Origin: Verrucomicrobiota bacterium
GTDB taxonomy: Bacteria; Verrucomicrobiota; Verrucomicrobiia; Verrucomicrobiales; DEV007
Reading direction: 5' to 3'
Length of the DNA stretch: 24,000 nt
NCBI GenBank assembly: GCA_045046875.1
Contig: JASFYY010000041.1
Coordinates: 8,821 to 32,820, forward strand
Part shown: piece by piece, positions 6,605 to 15,107 of the stretch
How the letters are laid out: every line of letters begins with the position of its first letter
Position numbering within the stretch: position 1 is the stretch's first letter
Program-made: the position numbers and the translations under genes
Notes under the pieces: generated by a model
The model's database searches: none
The model's input: the letters and a program-made list of their open reading frames with translations, nothing else
What the model was told of the DNA's origin: nothing

Positions 6605-7822
6605 ATGAATGTTAAACGATTATTTGCGATCTTATTTATTGTGGCGGGAACGGGAGTTGCCTGGTTGGTGCTGGGCAGCACCTTGAACTACCGAACTGAA
6701 CTGAGTGGAAGCCGACTGGGCAAAGCGGTGGAGGGGAATTGGGGGGTGCCGATGCGTCAGATGCATCCTGAGATCTTTTATGTTTCGCCTACGGCGGCCA
6801 AGGCGCGGCGTGAGATCCATCCTCAATCGAGTGATATCAAGGTGAGACTGGATTTTGATAAAAAGAAAAAGGGGCTGTTATGGTACCGGACTTATAAGGT
6901 GGACTTTGAGGCTGATTATATCATCGAGAACCCTACGCCGATCACCCAGACGATATACATTTCGTTTAAGTTCCCTGCCGAGGACGCTCGTTATGATCGT
7001 TTTAGTTTTGTGCTGGGGGAGAAACAAACCAATAAAGCTCCGCGTGATGGAGGTATCACCGATGCGGTGATACTGAAACCGGGCGAGCAATTACCGGTGA
7101 AGCTGACTTATACTGCAACCGGTTTGGATGATTGGTTTTATTCTTTTGGGAAAAATCATACCCGGGTGCGTGATTTTAGTTTGGCGATGAACACTAACTT
7201 CACTGAGATTGATATCCCTGCCGGCAGTGAGTCGCCGACATCACGTGAACCGGCGGGCAAGGGTTTGCTGTTGAATTGGGATTACCGTGATGTGATCGGT
7301 GCTTCGGCGGTGGGCATGGCGATGCCGGCGGTGACCAACCCTGGTCCGGTGGCGGCTCGGATCACCTATTTTGCGCCGGTTTCCCTGTTGTTCTTTTTCT
7401 CGGTGATTGTGATTCTAGGTGCGGTGCGGAAGGTGGATTTGCATCCGATGAACTATTTTTTCCTCGCTGCGGGCTGTTTTGCTTTTCAGCTTTTGTTCTC
7501 CTATTTGGTGGACTTGATTCCCACTACGCTGGCTTTTGTGATTTCGGCACTGGTATCGTTGTTCCTGGTGAATTCTTATCTCGCCCGGGTCGCGGATCGT
7601 AAATTTGCCCAGATATCAGTGGTGGCGCAATTTGCTTATATGGTGCTTTTCAGTGCGAGCTTTTTCTTCGAGGGACTGACGGGTATCACGATTACGATTG
7701 GCTCGATTGTGACCTTGGCGGTGCTGATGGCGTTTACTGCGAAGGTGGATTGGAGTGATGTTTTTAAACGTGAGCCTAAGGTTAAGGTGAATAAGATGCC
7801 TGATCTGCCGGTGAAAAACTGA
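6605..7822 (+). CDS. creD: CreD-family inner-membrane (cell envelope integrity) protein
   Basis: The architecture is an N-terminal TM segment, a ~240-aa periplasmic domain and a C-terminal bundle of TM helices. The C-terminal block VDLHPMNYFFLAAGCFAFQLLFSYLVDLIP...LAVLMAFTAKVDWSDVF parallels E. coli CreD RLHPMQYLLVGLSLVMFYLLLLALSEH...MMFVTRNIDWYAF (from memory). Confidence 0.8.
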   Translation: MNVKRLFAILFIVAGTGVAWLVLGSTLNYRTELSGSRLGKAVEGNWGVPMRQMHPEIFYVSPTAAKARREIHPQSSDIKVRLDFDKKKKGLLWYRTYKVDFEADYIIENPTPITQTIYISFKFPAEDARYDRFSFVLGEKQTNKAPRDGGITDAVILKPGEQLPVKLTYTATGLDDWFYSFGKNHTRVRDFSLAMNTNFTEIDIPAGSESPTSREPAGKGLLLNWDYRDVIGASAVGMAMPAVTNPGPVAARITYFAPVSLLFFFSVIVILGAVRKVDLHPMNYFFLAAGCFAFQLLFSYLVDLIPTTLAFVISALVSLFLVNSYLARVADRKFAQISVVAQFAYMVLFSASFFFEGLTGITITIGSIVTLAVLMAFTAKVDWSDVFKREPKVKVNKMPDLPVKN

Positions 7823-7831
7823 AGAGAGGGG

Positions 7832-7866
7832 GAACCACAAATGGACACGAAGAAACACGAATAAGA
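7832..7866 (+). repeat. CAC-anchored 10-bp periodic repeat, copy of a dispersed intergenic family
   Basis: CAC occurs at 7836-38, 7846-48 and 7856-58 within gaaCCACaaatggaCACgaagaaaCACgaataaga. By hand alignment, 27 of 35 positions are identical to 16631-16665. A partial second copy, gggaaccacgaag, lies at 7893-7905. Confidence 0.75.
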
Positions 7867-7912
7867 AATGAGGAGGAGGGAGAACTGCTGATGGGAACCA
7901 CGAAGTGACTTA

Positions 7913-7947
7913 TAAATGATAAATGATAAATCCTAAATGAGAAATGG
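7913..7947 (+). repeat. 5 x 7-bp tandem repeat (TAAATGA consensus)
   Basis: The units are taaatga, taaatga, taaatcc, taaatga and gaaatgg at 7913-7947. The repeat ends 68 nt upstream of the creB ATG. Confidence 0.85.
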
Positions 7948-8014
7948 AAGAGTGTTTGTTGTTGGGGAGGATTTAGTGAATGATTAGGTATAGGCTGTTT
8001 AGGTCACGGATTTT

Positions 8015-8767
8015 ATGAAAAAGCGCATTATTGTTATTGAGGATGAACCGTCGATTTTGGATAATATTCTTTATTCATTGGAGAGTGATGGTTTTGATGT
8101 TTGTGGCTGTGCGACAGGTGGGGAGGGGGAGCAGGAGTTTTTGACTCATGGGGCGGATCTGATCGTGATGGATGTGGGGCTGCCGGATACTTCGGGATTT
8201 GAACTGTGCCCGCGTATTCGTCAGAGTTCGGATGTGCCGGTGATTTTTCTGACCGCGCGTGCGGAGGAGGTGGATCGCATTGTGGGACTCGAAATGGGGG
8301 CGGATGATTATATGGTGAAACCTTTCAGTCCCCGCGAGCTCAGTGCGCGGGTGCGTGCGGTGTTGCGCCGTTATCGGCCGGATCAGGGTCAGGCAGGCGC
8401 GGGGGAAAGCTCGACGACGACGGAGGCGGCGGGTCGGGGGATTCCGGGTTTCCCTTTTCAGATTGATGAAGAACGGGTGAAAGTAACTTATTTTGATCAG
8501 CTGTTATCTTTGTCTTCCACCGAGTTTCGTTTGCTGCGGATCTTGTGCAAACACCCAGGGCGGGTGTATTCGCGTTCCCAGTTGATGGACATCGCCTGGA
8601 GCGAACCCGATGCGGCGATGGAGCGCACCGTGGATGCCCACATCAAAAGCCTGCGGGGAAAAATGAGAGCGGTGCGTGAAGACGTCGACGCGATCGAAAC
8701 CCACCGAGGAATGGGCTATTCCCTGAAAGAAAAATGGCGGAAGAAGGAGATAGGAGATAGAATTTAG
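8015..8767 (+). CDS. creB: OmpR-family response regulator, CreB homologue
   Basis: Receiver domain: IIVIEDEPSILDN...DLIVMDVGLPDTSGFELC...PVIFLTARAEEVDRIVGLEMGADDYMVKPFSPRELSARVRAVLRR. Winged-helix domain: LSSTEFRLLRILCKHPGRVYSRSQLMD...RTVDAHIKSLRGKM...IETHRGMGYSL. It is near-collinear with E. coli CreB (from memory), apart from a longer Gly/Ser/Thr-rich linker. Confidence 0.9.
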   Translation: MKKRIIVIEDEPSILDNILYSLESDGFDVCGCATGGEGEQEFLTHGADLIVMDVGLPDTSGFELCPRIRQSSDVPVIFLTARAEEVDRIVGLEMGADDYMVKPFSPRELSARVRAVLRRYRPDQGQAGAGESSTTTEAAGRGIPGFPFQIDEERVKVTYFDQLLSLSSTEFRLLRILCKHPGRVYSRSQLMDIAWSEPDAAMERTVDAHIKSLRGKMRAVREDVDAIETHRGMGYSLKEKWRKKEIGDRI

Positions 8768-8805
8768 GAGGTAGAATAAATACGATGAGAAGAAAATATC
8801 GAAGA

Positions 8806-8833
8806 GCCTTCTGCCTTCTAACTTCTAACTCCT
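8806..8833 (+). repeat. 4 x 7-bp tandem repeat immediately upstream of creC
   Basis: The units are gccttct, gccttct, aacttct and aactcct (8806-8833), followed by tcccccc and the ATG at 8841. Confidence 0.8.
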
Positions 8834-8840
8834 TCCCCCC

Positions 8841-10304
8841 ATGACCACCGCTACCCGTAGTTTGATTGGATTTCTGCTGATTGTTGCAGCGGCTTTTTAT
8901 CTGTTGCTCGACAAGCTGATGGAGCGGGTTGAGCGGCAGTATATGGAAGCGGTCGAGGAGACGATGGTGGATACGGTCAACTTGCTCGGTGCGTTGGCCG
9001 AGCAGTCTTTGTGGCAGGAGGGGGATGAATTCAAATCTCTGGACAGGATGTTTGATGATGCGCACCGGCGGGTGTTCGAGGCGAAAATTTATCAGGTGAT
9101 CAAGCATGAGGTTAAGATGCATGCTTATATCACTGATGCTGAAGGGATAGTGGTTTTTGATTCACGTTGGCCGTCCCAAGTGGGGCAGGATTTTTCAAAC
9201 TGGCGTGATGTGAGTCTGGCTTTGCAGGGGAAATACGGCGCGCGCTCCAGCCGGGCGGTGGAAGAAAATGATGATTCGTCTATTTTGTATCTTGCGGTTC
9301 CGCTGCGCAGGGATGGGCAGATTATGGGTAGTTTGACTTTGATCAAACCGCAGGACAGTGTGTTTGCTTTTCGTGACGAAACCCGCAAGGAGATTCTTCG
9401 CAATGGCACCCTGGCACTGCTGGGCACCGGTTTTGCCGCGCTGTTGGTATCATTGTGGATGTCGCGTCCGATACGCAAATTGACCGACTATGCGCGAGCG
9501 GTGCAACGTGGAGAGCGGGTCAAGCGACCCAAGTTGGCGACTCCGGAGATGCGCACTTTGGGCAATGCCCTGGAAGAGATGCGCGAGTCTTTGGAGGATC
9601 GTAAGTATGTCGAAACCTATGTGCAAACCTTGACCCATGAAATGAAAAGTCCGGTGGCGGCGATTCGTGGGGCGTCGGAGTTGCTGCAGGAGGGCGACAG
9701 GGTTCCGCTGGATAAACAGCAGCGGTTTTTGGATAATATTTGTATCGAGACGGATCGGTTGCAGAAGATCATCGATCGTTTGCTGGCGCTGGCAGCGATA
9801 GAAAGCCAGAAGGCTCTTGAGGATCCGAGCAGTTTGTCTTTGGGTGATTTGGTGCTCCGGGTTTGTAATAATCTGGAGCCTTCCCTACAGGCAAAAGGGA
9901 TCAGGCTTGAGCGGGATTTTGACAAGGATGCGAATCAACGGCTGAGCATTTGTGGTGAAGAATTTTTGCTGAAAACAGCGATCGCCAATCTGCTGCAGAA
10001 CGCCATCGATTTTTCCCCGGCCGGAGCAACGATCCGGGTGGGTTTGCGGCAGCAGGATTCAGAACAGGGCAGCATGGTGGCGCTGACAATTCAAAATGAC
10101 GGGCCGGCGATACCTGACTACGCGGTGGAGCGGGTGTTCGAGCGTTTTTATTCGCTGCAGCATCCGGATACCGGCAAAAAAAGCTCTGGGCTGGGTTTGT
10201 GTTTTGTGCGCGAAGCAGCGGAGCTGCATCAGGGCAAAGCCAGCTTGCGTAACCGCGAGGATGGCAAGGGCGTGGTAGCGGAGTTGCTGTTGCCGACCGT
10301 GTGA
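8841..10304 (+). CDS. creC: sensor histidine kinase, CreC homologue
   Basis: The N-terminal TM segment and periplasmic domain carry CreC-specific text: AYITDAEGIVVFDS...NWRDVSLALQGKYGARSS...ILYLAVPL. A second TM segment follows. The H-box is TLTHEMKSPVAAIRGASELL. The N, G1 and G2 boxes read LLQNAIDFSP...IQNDGPAIPDYAVERVFERFYSL...KSSGLGLCFVRE. It is collinear with E. coli CreC (from memory). Confidence 0.9.
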   Translation: MTTATRSLIGFLLIVAAAFYLLLDKLMERVERQYMEAVEETMVDTVNLLGALAEQSLWQEGDEFKSLDRMFDDAHRRVFEAKIYQVIKHEVKMHAYITDAEGIVVFDSRWPSQVGQDFSNWRDVSLALQGKYGARSSRAVEENDDSSILYLAVPLRRDGQIMGSLTLIKPQDSVFAFRDETRKEILRNGTLALLGTGFAALLVSLWMSRPIRKLTDYARAVQRGERVKRPKLATPEMRTLGNALEEMRESLEDRKYVETYVQTLTHEMKSPVAAIRGASELLQEGDRVPLDKQQRFLDNICIETDRLQKIIDRLLALAAIESQKALEDPSSLSLGDLVLRVCNNLEPSLQAKGIRLERDFDKDANQRLSICGEEFLLKTAIANLLQNAIDFSPAGATIRVGLRQQDSEQGSMVALTIQNDGPAIPDYAVERVFERFYSLQHPDTGKKSSGLGLCFVREAAELHQGKASLRNREDGKGVVAELLLPTV

Positions 10305-10311
10305 AGGAGGC

Positions 10312-11868
10312 TCAAGAAATGGCGCGGTCAAAAATGTTTTTGGTGATGCGTTGCACTCTTTGGTCGGGGCCGTGGGGGCGGGACCAGTGCGACCAGGGCA
10401 GCATGTGACCGGGGGGCGAAGCGAGATCCTGGCACCAGAAGATGGTCGAGGCGTTGAAGACAAAATTATCTTTGGGGCCGGGGTAGATCACGGCTTGCCA
10501 CTGTTGTGGGTTCACTCCGCCTTGCAATGCGGTGCCTCCGGCCACGATCTCAAGACCGGGGATGTCCCTGGGGGCGTCGCCATGGTATTCCCATCCGACT
10601 AAGCCTGGGATACTGTCGCCTTTTTTCATGCCGGTGCCGGCATAGATCCAGTGTTCGGGCTGTTGGCAGGTCCAATCACCGCCGCCGTTGACCGGGTCGA
10701 TGTTGCGCACGCCCATCAGATAACCTTCGTCGGGGCCTCGGTGAGGAAAAGGGCCTTCGGATTTTTCGCGGGCGGTGGCGTATTTGTAATCACCGCCGTA
10801 GGGGCCTCCACGAAACATGATGCGGTTGGGGCGCTTGCCGTGTTCGCTAGGGCTCATCGGGGTGACCCAGCACACTGAGTTGCCGGAGAAAAACAGCAGG
10901 CTGGTTCCGCTGTCGCGCAGTTTGACGACATTTTCGTAAGCGCGGATATCCCAATATTCATCGTGGCCGACACTGAGGAAGGACTTGAAACGGCCGGGGC
11001 GGGCGTAGCTCGAATCGATCATGTCCGAGTTGGAGCAGTAGGTCACGTCGTAGCCTTCTTTTTCCAACCAATAGGCAAAGGGAAATTCAAAACACAACCA
11101 TTCGCCGGATCCGATCGATTGGGGGTTGTCGTAGATCTGGGCATACTTGGCGTAGGGGCGGTCGAAGCTGACATCCGCCCAAGGGCCCTGGTTCCCTTTG
11201 GGATGGGTGTAAACGGAATAATTGGAGGGCCACTTGTTGTAGGCTTGCCAGGTGTTGTCCGAGCATTGGAAGACAATGTCAGCGGGGCGGTCATCTTTGA
11301 CAATGAAGACCACATAACTCTGCCAGTAGCCGAAGCCACTTTTGTCCGTTGTGGTGGTCAGGCGCCCGAGATAGACACCGCTCGGCCAGTCGTCCGGAAT
11401 CTCCAGACTGACAGAGGGCTGCCACTGGCATTCGTGCAGTTGACGGTCACCACGTTCGCTTGCTGGGGTGGCTTGTTTTTTGCCCGGAAAGGGGCCGAGT
11501 TTTTTCATCAGGCGGGCACCTGCGCCGTCGTAGTATCCGGTACGAAAAATCTCGATGAAAAAATCGGTGGCCGGTTCGGTGCTGACCATGATGTCGATGT
11601 GGTCCCCTGCGGCGACGGATTGTTTGGAGCAATAACCTTCGATCAAGGTGGTGCGAAAGCCTTTGCCCGCATTGGGGCGCACACGGGTCAGTTGCCAGTC
11701 ATCAGAGCCGGCTTTGGCATTTTCGGTTTTGATCAATTGAGGCTGGCGTTTGGCCGGGGCGGCGGCGTTGCTGATAGAACGAGAGCTGGCAGTGAGCGCG
11801 GCCGCTGAGGCGCTGGCTTTCAGAAAAGCGCGACGCGAGGAGGAGGGTAGGGGTTGATCGGGGGGCAT
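10312..11868 (-). CDS. Tat-exported protein resembling the N,N-dimethylformamidase large-subunit family
   Basis: The twin-arginine signal SSRRAFLKASASAAALTASS matches S/T-R-R-x-F-L-K. The body has IEIFRTGYYDGAGARL, CSDNTWQAYNKWP, SVGHDEYWD and LLFFSGNSVCW. I recognise these as typical of DMFase-large-subunit-like proteins. The family call is from memory only. Confidence 0.6.
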   Translation of the reverse strand: MPPDQPLPSSSRRAFLKASASAAALTASSRSISNAAAPAKRQPQLIKTENAKAGSDDWQLTRVRPNAGKGFRTTLIEGYCSKQSVAAGDHIDIMVSTEPATDFFIEIFRTGYYDGAGARLMKKLGPFPGKKQATPASERGDRQLHECQWQPSVSLEIPDDWPSGVYLGRLTTTTDKSGFGYWQSYVVFIVKDDRPADIVFQCSDNTWQAYNKWPSNYSVYTHPKGNQGPWADVSFDRPYAKYAQIYDNPQSIGSGEWLCFEFPFAYWLEKEGYDVTYCSNSDMIDSSYARPGRFKSFLSVGHDEYWDIRAYENVVKLRDSGTSLLFFSGNSVCWVTPMSPSEHGKRPNRIMFRGGPYGGDYKYATAREKSEGPFPHRGPDEGYLMGVRNIDPVNGGGDWTCQQPEHWIYAGTGMKKGDSIPGLVGWEYHGDAPRDIPGLEIVAGGTALQGGVNPQQWQAVIYPGPKDNFVFNASTIFWCQDLASPPGHMLPWSHWSRPHGPDQRVQRITKNIFDRAIS

Positions 11869-11939
11869 GGGGGATGGGTTTTTAGTTTAGAAAGCAAAAC
11901 AGTGAGAGGGTTCGAAAAAAGATAATAAGTGGTTTCACC

Positions 11940-13868
11940 TTAAGATTGCAATTTTTCAATAATGGTATCGGCATCAAAAACGCAGCCGCCCCAACTGCCG
12001 CCACAGGCATTTTGCAAGGCGGCCCACAAGCGGGTGTCGTCGGGCACATCGGCGATGGGTTGCAGCAGAGGATTTGTTTGGCGATTGGTGAGTTCGTTTT
12101 CCTCGCCGATGAAATTGAGGCTGCCTTGCAGGTTTTTGACATCGATGCGGATGCGAATAGGATCGCCGTCGCGGAGTTTTCCGATGGGGCCATCAGCCCA
12201 GGCTTCGGGGGAGACATGACCGATGCAGGCTCCGGTGGAGACTCCGGAAAACCGTCCGTCGGTGATCAGGGCGACGTTTTTGCCCCAGGGTAAATGTTTC
12301 AGCGCCATGGTGAGCTGGGCAGTTTCCGGCATGCCACATCCGATCGGGCCGTGACCGATCAGGACAACGACGTCACCCTCGCGGATGCGTTCATCACCCG
12401 TGGATTTGATCGCGGCGATGGCGGCCGGTTCGGAGGCAAAAACCCGGGCGGGGCCTTGATGCAGGTAGATACCGTCGGCGTCGACTTTACTCGGATCGAT
12501 GGCGGTGCTTTTGATCACCGCTCCGTCGGGTGAAATGTTGCCGTTGGGAAAAGTAACCGTGCTGGTGAGTCCTGCATTGGCGGCTGCTTGCGGAGACATG
12601 ATGACTTCATCAGGATCAATGCCGTCGAGTTCGCTTAGCTTGGCGCGTAGTCGCTGGCGGCGGTCGGATTTTTCCCACCACTCGAGGTTTTCCCCGAGAG
12701 TGCGTCCGCTGGCGGTCAGGGCATTGAGTTTTAATAGACCTGCCTCGCGCAAATGCAGCATGACTTCGGGAACTCCTCCGGCGAGGAAGACCTGGACGGT
12801 GGCGAAGCACTGGGGGCCGTTGGGCAGAGCGTCCACCAGGCGTGGAACCAGCGCGTTGACCCGTCGCCAGTCATCGACGGTGGGGCGGCGCAGTTTGGCG
12901 GCATGGGCGATGGCCGGCAGGTGCATGATGAGATTGGTCGATCCTCCAAACGCGGCGTGGGTGACCATGGCGTTTTCGATGGAGTCCGTGGTCAGGATGT
13001 CGCTGGTGGTGATCCCGTTTTTTTCCATGTGCAACATGGCGAGAGCGGAGCGGCGAGCGAGGTCGCGCCAGATATCCGAACCGGAGGGGCTGAGTGCGGC
13101 GTGAGGCAGAGTCAGGCCGAGCGCTTCGCTGATCACTTGACTGGTTGCCGCGGTGCCGAGGAATTGGCAGCCGCCACCGGGTGAACCGCAGGAGCGGCAG
13201 GCCAGTTGCGCCGCTTCGCTAAGTTCGATTTCGCCCTGGGCATAACGCGAGCCAATGGTCTGGATACGGCCAAGGTCTTCGCTGTCTTCACTGAGCAGGG
13301 TGACTCCGCCGGGAATTAGGATAGTGGGTAGCTTGGGTGTTCCGGCGAGTGCCATCATCATCGCGGGCAGGCCTTTGTCGCAAGTGGCGACACCGATCAC
13401 CCCTTTGTTGGTCGGCAGGGATCGGATCAGGCGGCGAAAAATCGTTGCGGCGTCGTTGCGGTAGGGCAGGGAATCAAGCATGCCGGTGGTTCCCTGGGTG
13501 CGTCCGTCGCAGGGGTCACTGCAAAAGGCGGCAAAGGGCACTGCACCGTTTTCGCTCAGTACCTTGGCGGCTTCTTCCATTAACAGGCCGACTTCCCAGT
13601 GGCCGGTGTGGTAGCCCAAGGCGACGGGCGAGCCGTCCTCGCGACGGATGCCTCCCTGGGTGCTGAGGATGACAAAATCACCACCGTTGACTTTGTCCGG
13701 TGACCAGCCCATGCCGACGTTTTGGGTCCAGGAGAACAGGTTGCCGCTGGGGGAGCTGCTGAGTTGTTCGGCGGTGAAGGGCAGGGCGCCTGCCGGGCCT
13801 TTGGCGGTGGTGCGTAGTGTGAAGATGTTTTGATCACCGGAATTGAGGATGGCTTCGGGGGCGGGCAT
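11940..13868 (-). CDS. IlvD/Edd-family sugar-acid dehydratase, YjhG/YagF (D-xylonate dehydratase) type
   Basis: The 642-aa protein is collinear with E. coli YjhG (from memory). Matching segments include [110 protein letters not shown] and [10 protein letters not shown]. Confidence 0.9.
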   Translation of the reverse strand: MPAPEAILNSGDQNIFTLRTTAKGPAGALPFTAEQLSSSPSGNLFSWTQNVGMGWSPDKVNGGDFVILSTQGGIRREDGSPVALGYHTGHWEVGLLMEEAAKVLSENGAVPFAAFCSDPCDGRTQGTTGMLDSLPYRNDAATIFRRLIRSLPTNKGVIGVATCDKGLPAMMMALAGTPKLPTILIPGGVTLLSEDSEDLGRIQTIGSRYAQGEIELSEAAQLACRSCGSPGGGCQFLGTAATSQVISEALGLTLPHAALSPSGSDIWRDLARRSALAMLHMEKNGITTSDILTTDSIENAMVTHAAFGGSTNLIMHLPAIAHAAKLRRPTVDDWRRVNALVPRLVDALPNGPQCFATVQVFLAGGVPEVMLHLREAGLLKLNALTASGRTLGENLEWWEKSDRRQRLRAKLSELDGIDPDEVIMSPQAAANAGLTSTVTFPNGNISPDGAVIKSTAIDPSKVDADGIYLHQGPARVFASEPAAIAAIKSTGDERIREGDVVVLIGHGPIGCGMPETAQLTMALKHLPWGKNVALITDGRFSGVSTGACIGHVSPEAWADGPIGKLRDGDPIRIRIDVKNLQGSLNFIGEENELTNRQTNPLLQPIADVPDDTRLWAALQNACGGSWGGCVFDADTIIEKLQS

Positions 13869-14028
13869 AGGCTAGGGGAGGAATTTTACCACCGAGGTCA
13901 CAGCGGTAAGGAATGAGATTGAGGATGAATGAAGTGAAAAGATATAGGGAAGTGGAAGTATGCAAATATAAAGTCGTTTTTTTCACCGGACAGAAATGTC
14001 AGCCCTCCTGTATGTAGCTAAAGGTTTT

Positions 14029-14865
14029 TTATTCAACGACGTTTTCCAGGCAGCCCAGGGTGTCGATTTGGATGCGGATGCGGTCACCTGATTGTAGGGT
14101 GAAGTCGGAGTTGGGAACCAGGGCGGTGCCGGTCATGAGCAGGGCGCCGTCGGGGAATTCATTGTCGCGGTAGAGGAATTCCGCTAGTTCGTCAAAGCCG
14201 CGTTTCAGTTGGCTGAGATCGGTTTGGGCGTCGAAGTGGGTTTTGCTGTTACGGCTGATTTGGATTTGGATGCGGGTTTCATTCAGGGGAGGCAGTTCTC
14301 CTACACAAAGGGCGGGGCCTAGGGCACAGGATCCACGATAGACTTTTGCCTGGGGCAGGTAGAGTGGGTTTTCTCCTTCGATACTGCGCGAGCTCATGTC
14401 ATTGCCAATGGTGTAGCCGAACACTTTGCCCTGGCAGTTGATCGCCAGGGTGAGTTCGGGTTCAGGCACGTCCCAGGTGGAATCCTTGCGGATGCAAACC
14501 TGGTCGAGGTGACCGCGCGCTCGTTGCGCGGTGGCTTTGAAAAAAAGTTCGGGGCGCTCGGCTGCGTAAACTTTGTCATAGAAAACATCGCCGCCGGAGG
14601 ACTGTGCTTCTTCCATGCGGGCTTCGCGGGAGCGGAAGTAGGTCACGCCTGCTGCCCAGATTTCCTGATTGCCAAGGGGAGGGAGCAGGGCGGTGGATTC
14701 GCTGTCGATGGCATCGCAGGGCTCACAATCAGTGAGGTAATCATTGAGCAGATCGAGGGGGGAGTTTGATTGGAACAGTGTATCAAAGGAGAAGTTCTCC
14801 CCTAGGAAATATTTCCCGTCTTTGAGTAGGGTGACTTGCTGGAGGCCTCGGTAAATCGTGATCAT
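14029..14865 (-). CDS. fumarylacetoacetate hydrolase (FAH) family protein, candidate 2-keto-3-deoxy-pentonate dehydratase
   Basis: FAH-fold text includes [54 protein letters not shown] and [13 protein letters not shown] prefer the ATG at 14865 (MITIYRGL...). The 27-codon extension to 14946 has no conserved character. Confidence 0.8.
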   Translation of the reverse strand: MITIYRGLQQVTLLKDGKYFLGENFSFDTLFQSNSPLDLLNDYLTDCEPCDAIDSESTALLPPLGNQEIWAAGVTYFRSREARMEEAQSSGGDVFYDKVYAAERPELFFKATAQRARGHLDQVCIRKDSTWDVPEPELTLAINCQGKVFGYTIGNDMSSRSIEGENPLYLPQAKVYRGSCALGPALCVGELPPLNETRIQIQISRNSKTHFDAQTDLSQLKRGFDELAEFLYRDNEFPDGALLMTGTALVPNSDFTLQSGDRIRIQIDTLGCLENVVE

Positions 14866-14973
14866 TGCAGCGATAGTGTAAGGAGATTGTTGTGAATCGC
14901 AAGCGGGGAGGTTTTTTATGCGATGGGGGGGATGAGCTAGAGCCACGAGGGCGCATTACATTTGTTGCTAACC

Positions 14974-15061
14974 CACGCAGTGCCATTGCGTGCCACATTT
15001 AACACCGCATACCCTCTTCTCGTCGTGGAACGGATTGGCAATCCGTTTTGGTTGATGCGGT
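14974..15061. other. nested inverted repeats in the DUF1501 / FAH spacer
   Basis: Hairpin 1 is CACGCA (14974-79) paired with TGCGTG (14987-92). The outer pair is ACCGCAT (15004-10) with ATGCGGT (15055-61). It encloses the hairpin AACGGATT (15029-36) paired with AATCCGTT (15040-47). Confidence 0.5.
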
Positions 15062-15107
15062 TGATTGTTTTGAAGTTGAGTCTTGCAAGAGCAGCGGTAG
15101 AAACCCG

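Noticed and set aside
7913-8840. Whether the short tandem repeats (7 to 10 bp units) could be a CRISPR array.
   Set aside because: The units are contiguous with no spacers, are far shorter than CRISPR repeats, and no cas genes are present.
13889-14028. A terminator or regular heptamer array in the FAH / dehydratase spacer.
   Set aside because: I found only a 4-bp stem (GACA/TGTC), and the T7 run is on the wrong strand for the flanking genes. The TGA-rich purine stretch at 13911-13938 has irregular spacing, so I claim no periodic repeat.
14866-14946. 27-codon extension of the FAH-family ORF ([27 protein letters not shown]).
   Set aside because: It shows no conserved FAH N-terminal character, and the ATG at 14865 starts the recognisable fold. 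I cannot fully exclude the longer form.
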